DNA of 64,000 bases, taken from contig JAXMAL010000001.1 in assembly GCA_046350415.1 (NCBI GenBank), forward strand, positions 1,476,782 through 1,540,781. Direction: 5' to 3'. The stretch comes from Phycisphaerales bacterium. GTDB taxonomy: Bacteria > Planctomycetota > Phycisphaerae > Phycisphaerales > UBA1924. This document shows, in pieces, positions 29,559-39,500 of the stretch. How positions within the stretch are numbered: position 1 is the stretch's first letter; every line of letters begins with the position of its first letter. A program made the position numbers and the translations under genes. The notes beneath the pieces are model-generated. The model was not told the DNA's origin. It saw only the letters and a list, made by a program, of their open reading frames with translations, and did not search any database.

Positions 29559-30521
29559 TTAGAGGCGTCGACGGTAACGATCGAAGAGCACGGCGCCGAG
29601 CAGGATCGCGCCGCGTGCGATGTACTGAAAAAAGGGCTCGATGCTCTTGAGGTTCATGGCGTTCTGCACGATGCCCATGATGAGCACGCCGGCGATGACG
29701 AACTCGATGCGCCCCACTCCGCCGGTCAGGGATACGCCGCCGAGCACGCAGGCCGAGATGACCTCGAGCTCGAACCCCTGCGAGGTCATGGGCTGCCCGC
29801 TGGTCATGCGCGATGCCAGCACGACGCCGGCGAGCGCCGCGACGAAGCCCTGGAGCGCGAAGATGCCGATCTTGGCGCGATCGACGGGCACACCCGCGAG
29901 GCGTGCGGCTTGCTCGTTGCCGCCGATCGCGAGCGTGTTGCGCCCGAAGACCGTGCGCGAGAGTAGGAAGCCGAAGGCGATGAAGCACGCGATGCAGATC
30001 CACACCGGAACGGGGAGACCGAGGAACGCGGAATTGCCGAGCAGGAAAAAGGACTCCTGTCCGATTCCGACCGCCTTGCCTCCCGAGACGATGTAGGCCG
30101 CGCCGCGGACGATCTGCATCGTGGCGAGCGTCGTGATGAGGGGGTTGATGCGGGCCTTTGCGACGACCACGCCGTTCAGGAGGCCGACCGCCACGCCCGA
30201 CGCCAGGGCCGCCGCAACGCCGAGGCCGACGCTCTCGCTGGCGCGCATGACGACCGCGGCGATCACTCCCGACGCCGCCACGACGGAACCGACGGAGAGA
30301 TCAAAGTTCCCGGAGGCCAGGCAGAAGAGCATGGTGCAGCTAACCATGCCGACGGTCGAGACCGCCAGGACGAGGCCCTGCATGTTCTGGAGCGTGAAGA
30401 AGTTCGGGACCAGCAGGGAGCACGCCAGGAACAGGATGCCAAGCACGGCGAGCATGCCCGCCTGTTCCCACAAGGCGGTGATCGACGAAGGGCCATTGGC
30501 GCGTGGAGTCGTGGATGCCAT
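29559..30521 (-). CDS. araH: Sugar ABC transporter permease (AraH-like)
   Basis: 320 aa, about 10 TM. The sequence GNFDLSVGSVVA...NPLITTLATMQIVRG...GRNTLAIGGNEQAARLAGV is typical of ribose/arabinose-family permeases. It follows araG by 9 nt. Confidence 0.85.
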   Translation of the reverse strand: MASTTPRANGPSSITALWEQAGMLAVLGILFLACSLLVPNFFTLQNMQGLVLAVSTVGMVSCTMLFCLASGNFDLSVGSVVAASGVIAAVVMRASESVGLGVAAALASGVAVGLLNGVVVAKARINPLITTLATMQIVRGAAYIVSGGKAVGIGQESFFLLGNSAFLGLPVPVWICIACFIAFGFLLSRTVFGRNTLAIGGNEQAARLAGVPVDRAKIGIFALQGFVAALAGVVLASRMTSGQPMTSQGFELEVISACVLGGVSLTGGVGRIEFVIAGVLIMGIVQNAMNLKSIEPFFQYIARGAILLGAVLFDRYRRRL

Positions 30522-30530
30522 TCAGAGCAC

Positions 30531-32021
30531 TCAGGAGGAAGGCGGGAGCGCCAGGCGGAGAAGTCCTTCCTGGGTCGCTTGCGATCGATCGAACTCACCA
30601 ACGATGCGACCAAGCCGCATGACGAGAATCCTGTCGGAAACGCCCAGCACTTCGGGGAGCTCGCTGGAGACCATGAGGATACCGACGCCGCGCTCCGCGA
30701 GTCCGCGGATGATCGCGTAGACCTCGCTCTTGGCGCCGACGTCGATTCCGCGGGTGGGCTCATCGAGCATCAGCACGCGGACCCTCTCGGAGAGCAGCCG
30801 CCCGAGGATCGCCTTCTGCTGATTGCCGCCCGAGAGATTCCGAATCGCCTGCGCGGGCGACGGCGTGCGCACGCCCAGCGTGCGGATCTGCTCGTCCGCG
30901 TTGGCGCGTTCCCACGACTCGCGGATCAGCACGCCGCCCAAGGCACGATGCCGCCGGGCGCTGAGGTTGATGTTCTCGCGCACGGAGAGCACGGGGATGA
31001 TGCCGTCTTTCTTGCGGTCTTCGGTGCAGAGCAGAAGCCCGGCGCGGATGGCGTCGGCGGGCGAGCGAATCTGAAGCGGCGTGGCGTCGAGGCGCACGCT
31101 TCCGCCCCTGGGCGTCTCCGCGCCGAAGACGAGGCGCAGAAGCTCCGACCGGCCCGCCCCGACGAGCCCGAAGACGCCGACGATCTCGCCCGCGCGGACG
31201 GACAGACACACGGGAGAGGTGAGGCCGGGTCCTTCGAGTTGGTCGATCTTCAGAATTTCTGCGCCGGGAGTCCGCGGCGAGTAGGCGTACACGTCGCCGA
31301 TGTCGCGCCCCACCATGGCGCGGATGATCGTGTCGTGCCCGAGGCCTTCGAGCGATTCAAGGGTCTGCACATGCCTGCCGTCACGGAGCACGGTTGCGCG
31401 GTCGCACACGCGGAAGACCTCCTCGAGGCGATGGCTGACGTACAGGACCGCGCAGCCGCGTGCCTTCAGGCCCGCGATGACCTGGAACAGCCGCTCGATC
31501 TCGCGGGCCGAGAGGCTGCTGGTGGGCTCGTCGAACGCGATGACGCGGGCGTCGCGGCTCAGCGCCTTGGCGATCTCGATCATCTGCCGCTGGGCGAGCG
31601 GCAGCTTGGCGACGCGCGTGCCCGGATCGATCGAATCATCGAGGGGGCGGAGCAGGTCCGCCGCGAGATCACGCAGCGAGCGTCGGTCGACGAACCCCGC
31701 GCGGGACGGGAAGTGGCCGAGAAAGATGTTCTCCGCGACCGAGAGCTCGGGCACGAGGTTGAGCTCTTGGTAGATGACCGCGACGCCCGAGTGAATCGCG
31801 TCGGAAGGGCGGTCAAATGCCATCACGTCATCGTCGATCCGCAGCACGCCCGAATCGGGCCGGTACACGCCGCTCAGCACCTTGAGCAGCGTCGACTTGC
31901 CCGCGCCGTTCTCGCCCAGGAGGGCATGCACGCTCCCGGCCCTTACGTCGAGCGACACCTCTTCCAGCGCTTTCACGCCCGGAAACGACTTGGTGACGCG
32001 GTGAAAGCGGAGAAGCTTCAT
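30531..32021 (-). CDS. araG: Sugar ABC transporter ATP-binding protein, duplicated ATPase (AraG-like)
   Basis: ATG 32021 (MKLLRFHRVTKSFPGVKAL). Walker A GENGAGKST, LSGGNQQK signatures, and two nucleotide-binding domains. Its start overlaps the upstream stop as ATGA. Confidence 0.9.
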   Translation of the reverse strand: MKLLRFHRVTKSFPGVKALEEVSLDVRAGSVHALLGENGAGKSTLLKVLSGVYRPDSGVLRIDDDVMAFDRPSDAIHSGVAVIYQELNLVPELSVAENIFLGHFPSRAGFVDRRSLRDLAADLLRPLDDSIDPGTRVAKLPLAQRQMIEIAKALSRDARVIAFDEPTSSLSAREIERLFQVIAGLKARGCAVLYVSHRLEEVFRVCDRATVLRDGRHVQTLESLEGLGHDTIIRAMVGRDIGDVYAYSPRTPGAEILKIDQLEGPGLTSPVCLSVRAGEIVGVFGLVGAGRSELLRLVFGAETPRGGSVRLDATPLQIRSPADAIRAGLLLCTEDRKKDGIIPVLSVRENINLSARRHRALGGVLIRESWERANADEQIRTLGVRTPSPAQAIRNLSGGNQQKAILGRLLSERVRVLMLDEPTRGIDVGAKSEVYAIIRGLAERGVGILMVSSELPEVLGVSDRILVMRLGRIVGEFDRSQATQEGLLRLALPPSS

Positions 32022-35000
32022 TCGGGGCGAGACCTCCGGGGCGGCGAGAGCCGCGAGCGAGCGAACCGTGCGCCGAGATGCCCGGGTTCCATCGCCAGCA
32101 CCTTCGCGAAGTGCGATCTGGCGGAGTGAATCCTGCGGAGGCCCGCGAGCGCCAGCCCGCACAGGTACAACGCGTCGATGCGATTACGCCGATCGAGATC
32201 GTCGATGAACAAGAGCATGTTGGGCAGGCTGGTCGCGAAGTAGTCGATCGTGGCGGGTGCCTCGAGTTGCTTCCTGGCCGAGTCGAGCAGGCCTCGCAAT
32301 GTCCGCGTTGCTTCGGCGCGACGCCCGAGTGCCGCCTGCGCCATGCCTTTCCAATACGTCATCTCCGAGTACGAGCGGACGGCCATGCCCTGGAAGTCCG
32401 TGCCCGCGCTGGCGGCCCGATTCCACGAGTCGGCCGCGCCTCGCGCATCGCCCAGCGCCCGCAGCGCGAGGCCGAGCGAGCAGTCCAGGTGCGCGCGTGC
32501 CGCCAGCAGGTGGCGGGCCTCGCCGAGGTTGTCCGGCACACGGATCGCCGCTTCGAAGTGGTCGCGAGCGCGGTGGGCATCGCCCGCACCGAGCGCCGCG
32601 TACCCCATCAGTACCTGCGACCACTCGTGCTGCGCGAGCACCGAGCCTTCGCCGCCTTCCCACGGATGGAACCGACGCGAGGCGAGCAACGCCGCGGCCT
32701 GTTCCGGCGCGCCCGTCAGGTTGTACAGCTTCGCCAATTCGATCGAGAGATCATCGCGCCGTTCGACGAGATCAAAGTGCGCGAGCAAATGCTTGAGCCG
32801 TGACTTCGGGTCCTCACCCAGCCGCTTGCGGAGTTGATCTTGCTCATACAACAGCCGCGCGTCCGCGGGCGCGGCGCGACGGGCGGCGGCGTATGACCTT
32901 GCGGCCCTCGCGGAGTCGCCGCGGATGTTGAAATACGCGATGCCGAGATTGCGGTGCACGATCGAGAAGCCGGCGCATCCTCGCCGCGAGCGCTCCCAGC
33001 AGCGGATGGCTTCGTCGTATCGGCGCTTGTCGTAGAGCAGATTGCCGAGGTAGTATGCCGCTCGATGATCGTTCGGGGCGGCCTTGAGCGCGGACTCGAG
33101 GACCTGGATCTCTTCCAGCCTCGATGGGAAGCAGTAATCGGTCGACGCGCGACGGGCTTGGATCAGCCAGCGTGCCTGCGCGCGTGCGTCGCGGTTCTGC
33201 TCGCAAAGCCACGCCCGTGTGTACCCGAGCATGGGATGGGCGGACTCCGCACGATTCAGGAGCTTCATCGCCTCCGCGAACAGCCCCGCCTCCGCCAGGT
33301 CGAACGCAAAGTCGAGGTGCGCCTGCGCGTTCGTGACCGGGAACCGCTCGATCGACGCGAACGGATCGATCTCAATCGCCTCACGATCGACCGTGTCCGC
33401 GTCGGCATCGCGGCCCAGCCGGCGCAGGATCGCCGACATCACCAGGCGCGCCTTGTTGTGCATCCGGTTGGTGTCGAGCGAGAGGCGGAGATGCCTGAGC
33501 GCCGCTTCGTATTGGCCCGCTCGGGAGTCCAGGCATCCGATCGCGTGGAACGCCGCGCATCGCCACGCGTAGTTCCACGTCGCCTTGTACAGGGCGTCGT
33601 ACGCCTCGTCGCTCCGGCCGAGCCAACGAAGGCACAGTCCGAGGTTGTACGACGCCTCGCCGTCGTACGGGTTGGGATTTCTGCGTGTTTGAGAGGCGAT
33701 CGCGGCACGGAAGAACGGCTCCGCGAGCCTGTGCTCACCGCGGCGCATGTGGAACAGGCCCATCGCGTTGCCGGCGCGTGAATCGGACGGATCGCGGGCC
33801 AGGCACTCGCGCCAGTAGGCCTCCGGGCTTCTGGTTGCGTGGCGATACTGATCCAGATGCACGCCGGTGAGGTACAGCTCATCGCTCGAGCGCACCTGGG
33901 ACGGCGGCGGCGCGGCGGTCGCGGGTGCGGGGGCTGAGCGCCTTGGCGTGTGGACGCGAACGCACGACACGATCTCTCGCCCGTCGCGACCCAGCACGCG
34001 GGCTTTCAGATCGCCCGAGGGAAGTTCGATCGCTTCGACGAACGGCCGGCCGGGCTCGAGATCGAGTCGACGCTCGAGAACGTCTCGCCCGTTGCGGGAC
34101 AGGACCACGCGAGCGCCGTCGAAGCGCCGCGTCACCGCGACGCCGAGCCGACCGTCTTCGAGGTTGATCGCCGCGTCGAGGTTCGCCTGTTTCGCAGGGC
34201 CGATGCGCTGGATCGGGTACCAGTACTGGCTGAACGTCCGCGATTCAAACGGCATCAGCCACGAGAAATCGGGCTGGTTGTCGGTGTAGACGCCGGCCAT
34301 CAGCTCGATGTAGGGCACGCCGTCGTCGGTGAGCTCGCGATCCCACGCGTGCCCGAACTCGTGATGGCCCCAGGTCCACTGCTTCTTGCCCGGGGCGATG
34401 CGCCGATCGGCGATCTGCACGATGCCCGCCTGGGCCTTGTGGTCGTATCCGCCGAGGAAGTCGCACGTACTGCCCATCGCCATGTACGACGTCGGCACGG
34501 GGATGTTCGCGTACCACGTCAGGTCGTCCGCGGGCCCGAGCGCACCGAACGGATTGTCGCGCCGGCGGGCGCGCGAGGCGTAGTCCACTCCGTAGTACGT
34601 GCCCGAGCAGCGCGGGAACGTGCTCATGGCGCGGCGTGCGTGGTCGGCGACGTGCGTGACGTCCCGCGGAAAGAACGACTGATACTGCTCGTGCACCGCC
34701 GTCGCGACGTTCGCCCACCAGAGAAACGTCTGCGGGAGGGGCGTGCGGTTGTAGATCTGCCCGCGGAGTTCAAGGGCGGCCCGTCCCGGGCGCAGGCACA
34801 CGCCGTGCATGCCCTTCAGGCGGTTCATCGGCTCGTGCTCCGAGAGCCAGATCGTCTTTGAGCCGTCGTCGCCCTCCTCGATCCGGCACTCCGTCGGCAT
34901 GTACGTCGTCGGGCGATGATGCTGCGGCCAGTTGATCTCGATGCCGCCGGAGATCCAGGGGCCGAGCAGCCCGACCAGCGCGGGCTTGATCACCTTCTGG

Positions 35001-35314
35001 TTGTAGATGAAGTCGTAACCGTTGGACCGATCGCGCGCGATGTGGATGCGCCCGCCGATGTCGGGGAGCACCATGACGTACAGGTGCCCGTTGTCGATGT
35101 GAACGGCGCGCCAGGACTTCGGAACCGGGGAGTGCGAGACGCGATCCGTTACCGGGAGGGGGTACACGCGCCCGCTGCTCCCCTGGTAGACGCGTCGCTC
35201 GAGGAACATAGGGTTGGGATCGGGCGGCGGGACCTCGTAGGTCGGGAGTGTGACCGCCTCTTCCCACGCGCGCACCGGCGCTCCCTCACGCTCACTCCGC
35301 TTCGCGGGCTTCAT
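32018..35314 (-). CDS. DUF5107-domain protein fused to a long TPR region (1098 aa)
   Basis: ATG 35314: the N-terminus VRAWEEAVTLPTYEVPPPDPNPMFLERRVYQGSSGRVYPLPV...ALVGLLGPWISGGIEINWPQHHRP...RTPLPQTFLWWAN matches my memory of the DUF5107 family. The C-terminal ~600 aa are TPR-like (AYYLGNLLY, NLGIAYF, etc.). Confidence 0.75.
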   Translation of the reverse strand: MKPAKRSEREGAPVRAWEEAVTLPTYEVPPPDPNPMFLERRVYQGSSGRVYPLPVTDRVSHSPVPKSWRAVHIDNGHLYVMVLPDIGGRIHIARDRSNGYDFIYNQKVIKPALVGLLGPWISGGIEINWPQHHRPTTYMPTECRIEEGDDGSKTIWLSEHEPMNRLKGMHGVCLRPGRAALELRGQIYNRTPLPQTFLWWANVATAVHEQYQSFFPRDVTHVADHARRAMSTFPRCSGTYYGVDYASRARRRDNPFGALGPADDLTWYANIPVPTSYMAMGSTCDFLGGYDHKAQAGIVQIADRRIAPGKKQWTWGHHEFGHAWDRELTDDGVPYIELMAGVYTDNQPDFSWLMPFESRTFSQYWYPIQRIGPAKQANLDAAINLEDGRLGVAVTRRFDGARVVLSRNGRDVLERRLDLEPGRPFVEAIELPSGDLKARVLGRDGREIVSCVRVHTPRRSAPAPATAAPPPSQVRSSDELYLTGVHLDQYRHATRSPEAYWRECLARDPSDSRAGNAMGLFHMRRGEHRLAEPFFRAAIASQTRRNPNPYDGEASYNLGLCLRWLGRSDEAYDALYKATWNYAWRCAAFHAIGCLDSRAGQYEAALRHLRLSLDTNRMHNKARLVMSAILRRLGRDADADTVDREAIEIDPFASIERFPVTNAQAHLDFAFDLAEAGLFAEAMKLLNRAESAHPMLGYTRAWLCEQNRDARAQARWLIQARRASTDYCFPSRLEEIQVLESALKAAPNDHRAAYYLGNLLYDKRRYDEAIRCWERSRRGCAGFSIVHRNLGIAYFNIRGDSARAARSYAAARRAAPADARLLYEQDQLRKRLGEDPKSRLKHLLAHFDLVERRDDLSIELAKLYNLTGAPEQAAALLASRRFHPWEGGEGSVLAQHEWSQVLMGYAALGAGDAHRARDHFEAAIRVPDNLGEARHLLAARAHLDCSLGLALRALGDARGAADSWNRAASAGTDFQGMAVRSYSEMTYWKGMAQAALGRRAEATRTLRGLLDSARKQLEAPATIDYFATSLPNMLLFIDDLDRRNRIDALYLCGLALAGLRRIHSARSHFAKVLAMEPGHLGARFARSRLSPPRRSRPE

Positions 35315-36414
35315 TCCTTGGTGATCCCCTGTTCCTTCAGCACCCGGCGGAAGTTGGCGCGATCGATCAGGATGCCCGAGGTCCGCGTGTCCGTGGGCGG
35401 CGCCTTGCCCTCGGCGACCCAGCGATACACCATCTCCGCGGTCTCGTAGCCGTGACGCTTGGGCGTGAGCAGCACCGACGCGAAGAAGCCGGTGGGCGTG
35501 GGCTTCTCGAACTCCACGATGCAGTCCGTGCCGTTGATGCCGATGCCCACGACGCTTTCGGCGGTCAGACCGCGGCCTTCCATGGCGCGCACCGCGCCCA
35601 TGACGGCGCTGTCGTTCATGCCGCACACCAGCCACTTCTTGACCTCGGGCTTCTGAGTCAAGAGCACGTTGACCGCGTCGAACGATCCCGGCACGTCGCT
35701 GGTCTTCTGGGCCGCCTTGTAGATGCGATCCGCGGGGAAGCCCGCCGCGGCGAGGGCGGCCATCGCGCCGTCGGTGCGTTCCTTGGCGGTGTCGAGTTCC
35801 TCAAAGGTCACGACGCACGCGCCGGCTTCTCCCGGCGTCCAGCCGCGCTTCTTGCACTCGTCGGCCAGCGCCTTGCCGACCGATTCGCCGATGGTGCGCG
35901 CCGAAATGCCCAGGTGCGCGACCTGCGTCATTGGCTTGCCGTCCGCGCCGATGAGCTGATCATCGACCGTCATGAACTTGAGGTTGTTCCGGCCGGCCGC
36001 CGCGACGATCGCGGGCCCGAGACGGACGTCGGGCGTGCAGATCACGAATCCCTTGGCGCCCGCGGCCGCGAGATTGTCGATCGCCGCGAGCGTCTTCTCG
36101 CCGTCGGCCGCGCCGATCTTGATGAGTTCGAATCCGTTCTTGGCGGCGGCCTCGTCGGCGAATCGCCACTCCAACTGGAACCAGGGCTCCTCGGGCTGCT
36201 TGACGACGAACCCGATCTTCACCTTCTCGCCGCCCGAGCCGCCCGAGCCGCCCGAGCCGCCCGAGCCGCCCGCAGACCCGCCGCCGGGCGCGGGCGTTGG
36301 CGAAGTGCTTGAAGGCGCGCCCTTCTCGCACGCGACCAGGCACACCGTGACCGCCGCGAGCATCGAGAACAGAGCCCGGCACGAAAGAATCCAGTTCGGT
36401 CGGATGTTGATCAT
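35311..36414 (-). CDS. araF: L-arabinose-binding periplasmic protein (AraF-like) as a lipoprotein with a Gly/Ser linker
   Basis: Colinear with E. coli AraF as I remember it: GFVVKQPEEPWFQLEWRFAD...DGEKTLAAIDNLAAAGAKGFVICTPD...WLVCGMNDSAVMGAVRA...IGIGINGTD. Lipobox LVAC, then GGSAGGSGGSGGSGGSGG. Confidence 0.9.
   Translation of the reverse strand: MINIRPNWILSCRALFSMLAAVTVCLVACEKGAPSSTSPTPAPGGGSAGGSGGSGGSGGSGGEKVKIGFVVKQPEEPWFQLEWRFADEAAAKNGFELIKIGAADGEKTLAAIDNLAAAGAKGFVICTPDVRLGPAIVAAAGRNNLKFMTVDDQLIGADGKPMTQVAHLGISARTIGESVGKALADECKKRGWTPGEAGACVVTFEELDTAKERTDGAMAALAAAGFPADRIYKAAQKTSDVPGSFDAVNVLLTQKPEVKKWLVCGMNDSAVMGAVRAMEGRGLTAESVVGIGINGTDCIVEFEKPTPTGFFASVLLTPKRHGYETAEMVYRWVAEGKAPPTDTRTSGILIDRANFRRVLKEQGITKE
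36231..36266. repeat. Tandem 9-bp repeat (CGCCCGAGC x4) encoding the (GGS)n linker of AraF
   Basis: Four perfect 9-mers read directly in the sequence. They are in-frame and lie inside the araF coding region. Confidence 0.85.
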
Positions 36415-36557
36415 CGAGATCTCCTCAGGAATCGTCCGGGCGCGGGTGTCCTCGCCCGGCGCAGTCTACACCCGCGCGGGGCCCGTTGACCACCCGCGCC
36501 GAGTTAGGGAAAACTGGCGGCACGCACGAGAGGAATTCAAAGGCAGCGCGCCGGCGT

Positions 36558-39500
36558 CTACTTGAGCTCCGCGTTCATCACCGCTTCCAACCGCACCGGG
36601 CCGATCAGCCCCGATTCGAGCAGCGGCGAGTCCTTGGACCACAGACGCCAGCTCGTAAAGGTGAATCGCCCGCTCGGGCTCGGCTTTGTTCCCGACAGCC
36701 ATTCCGGCCAGCGCTTCAGCGTGCCGCCCGGGTTGCGGTCGGAATCCTCCGCGAGCTGCTCGTCCCCGATCATGCGGTTCACCCACAGATTCGTCACGCG
36801 AACCTCGAGCGAGTTCTCGCCCGCTTTGAGCGCGTCGGTCACGTCAACGCGATAGGGAGATCTCCACAGCACGCCGAGGTCGCGCCCGTTGAGCGAAACC
36901 TCCGCGATCACCGCCACATTGCCAAGGTCGAGCCAGACCCTTCGCCCCTGGCCCAGGAGCTCCGGCGGCACGCTGATCGTCTTGCGATACGAGGCGGTTC
37001 CGGAGAAGTACCGAGCACCGGGCTGCTCGAGCGTGCTCCACGACTTCAACTCGGGCAGCGTGAGCTTGTCCGGCGCGCCCCAGCGCGGCGGGAAACTCAG
37101 CTCCCACGCCCCCTTGATCTCCAGAGGTTCAGGAATCGATGCGATGTTCACCTCGCCGCTCCGCCCGGAACTCCAGCGAACGCCGTATTTTCCCGGGCGG
37201 CTGGCTTCAAGAATCGTGCGTCCCTGTGCATCGATGCTCAACTCCGCCGGGCGCGAGGGCGAGACCAGAAGGTGCATCGTCTCGGGGTCGGTGGCGCTGG
37301 CGGTGCGTGCGACGCCGTCGAGCGTGTACTCGACGCGCAGCGTCTTCACGACGTTGTACGCGGGGTCGTCCCCCTCGGCCATCCGCCGCACCCTGAACTC
37401 GTACTCGCCGCGGTCCGCGAGCTGCTGCAGCTTCGACGTCACATTCCGCGTGCGAGCGGCGTCGCCGGGCACGCCGTAGCTTGCCGAGCGAACCACGAGC
37501 GTGTGCGAGACGCTTTCGAGACGGATGATCTCCGGGTCGGTCGCGCTGACCGTGCGAGGCTTGCCGTTGGTTGTGTACTCGATGCGGAGCGTCTTGATGA
37601 CGCCGTACGCGGGGTCTCCCTCGCGGGCGAGCGACGCGACGCGGAACGCGTGCGTGCCGCGTGCCGTCATGGCGCGGACCTGCGCGGTGACGTCCTTGGT
37701 CCTTGCCTGGTCGTTCGCCGGGCCCCAGGTCGCGTGCTGCACGACGACCTTCGCGGGCGTTGCGACCGGCCCGCCGATCGGCTCGTTGTCGCGCGTGAAG
37801 GAAACCACGTGGTCCGTTGACGCGTTCGAGCCGCGGCGGAACACGACGAACACCGATTCCGCGGGACCCAGCGAGAGCGGCACGAGGGTCTGCTTGCCGC
37901 TGGCCTCGTACATCGCGGCCGGCTTTGAGTCCCCCGTCTCGGCGTTCCAGAGCTCCGGGCGGAGGCCGGAGACGCGGAACGCGCACGTCGCCGCGACGGG
38001 GCGCGACGAGATGTTCGCGACGAAGTACAACTCGCCGTCGCTCAGGGTCCGATGGATGTACCGCAGGTCCGATGGATCGTCGCTCCCGCGTGCCTCAAAG
38101 TCCGGTGGCACTCCCATCGCCGCGAGTGTCTGCTCGGCGCTCTGGCCGCGAATGACTTTGCCTCGTCCGATCGCGTGCTCCGCGCCGGGCCTTGCGTCTT
38201 CCTTGCCCCACAACTGGGCCGCCAGCTCGCGAACCTGCTGGTCGCACGCGGGATACCCCGACAGGCTCGGCGATTTCTCGGGCCGATCGCCGATCACTGT
38301 CAGCCCCGCCTCCGCCAGCTCCTTCACGCGGCGCAGCAGTTCCGGCGTCATCGTTGCGACCGCGGGCAGCACGAGCACGCGATACCGCATCGCGTCCGAA
38401 AGAACCAGCTCGTTGTTCTCAACCCTGCTGTGGTGCAGGATGACGTCCGGAGGGCAGGCGTCGAAGTTGTACCCGCCGCGCACGGGCGGCGACCCGTCGG
38501 CCATCGCGGAGGGAGGCACAAAGTGCTGCGGCGAGCCCTCCGGCGCCAGGTAGCAGATGTCCGCGACGAACCGACCCTGCCTGAGCAGGTACTGGCAGCG
38601 AGAGAGATACTCGTGCCATGGCTTGGACTGGTCCCACCACGTCTGCGTGCGTTCGTAGTGAAGGCCCCACGGGCCCATCGTCATGCCGGGGCGCCGGTCG
38701 ATCCAAGGCTGCATCGCGTACCGATGGAACACGAACCGGTTGATACCTTCACAGAACGCCCAGTCGCCCATCGCCTTGATCGAGCCCGGGTGGTCGCGCC
38801 ATCGCTCCTGGTCGTTGGCCGTGAAGGCCTCCGCGCCGAGAATCGGCTTGTTGTAGACGTGGGCCGCGGAGGCCATCACCGTGCAGGTGTCGGCCGCCCC
38901 GTACGCCCCGTACGACCAGAACTCGCACATCGGCTCGTCCGCGGTCCCCGCATACGCCATGTCGTCGGCGGGCTCGCCGTAGGCCTCGATGGAGAGGCGG
39001 ATGCCGTGCTGTTTCGCGAGTTCCTGCGTGTGTCGCGCGTAGTTCTCGATGATGAGATCGGACACCGTGAGACGCAGGTCCCACAGGAAGCGCTCGGAGA
39101 CCTCCAGCGAGTCAACCACGCGCCCGCTCATGACCGGGAGCAGCATCAGCGGGTCGTAGCCGCGAAGGCGTTTGAACTCCTCACGCATCTTCGCGGTCCA
39201 GTTCTGCGTGCTGACTTCCCAGCTGTCGATGTGCGTGCTGACGAGCGTCGGACCCGCCAGCGGGCCGACATCCGCGATCAATCGTCCCATCAACCCCGCG
39301 AACGCCGCCTCCGATCCTTCCTTGCTCAGCTTGTCGCACTCAAGCCCGCGCCCGCTTGCGGGCGATGGCAGATTGACCGCGCCCGTCGACGTGTGCCCGA
39401 ATCGCATGATGACCCACTTGCCCGCGGGCACCTGCCACGAGAGCGTGCCTTCGGCGCTCATCTTGCCGGAAAGATCGACCATGCGATCGCGCGCGATCGC

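Noticed and set aside
36231-36266. Tandem 9-bp repeats considered as a possible CRISPR or VNTR locus
   Set aside because: The unit is only 9 bp, there are no spacers, and the repeats are in-frame and encode the (GGS)n linker of the AraF lipoprotein. It is kept only as a coding microsatellite.
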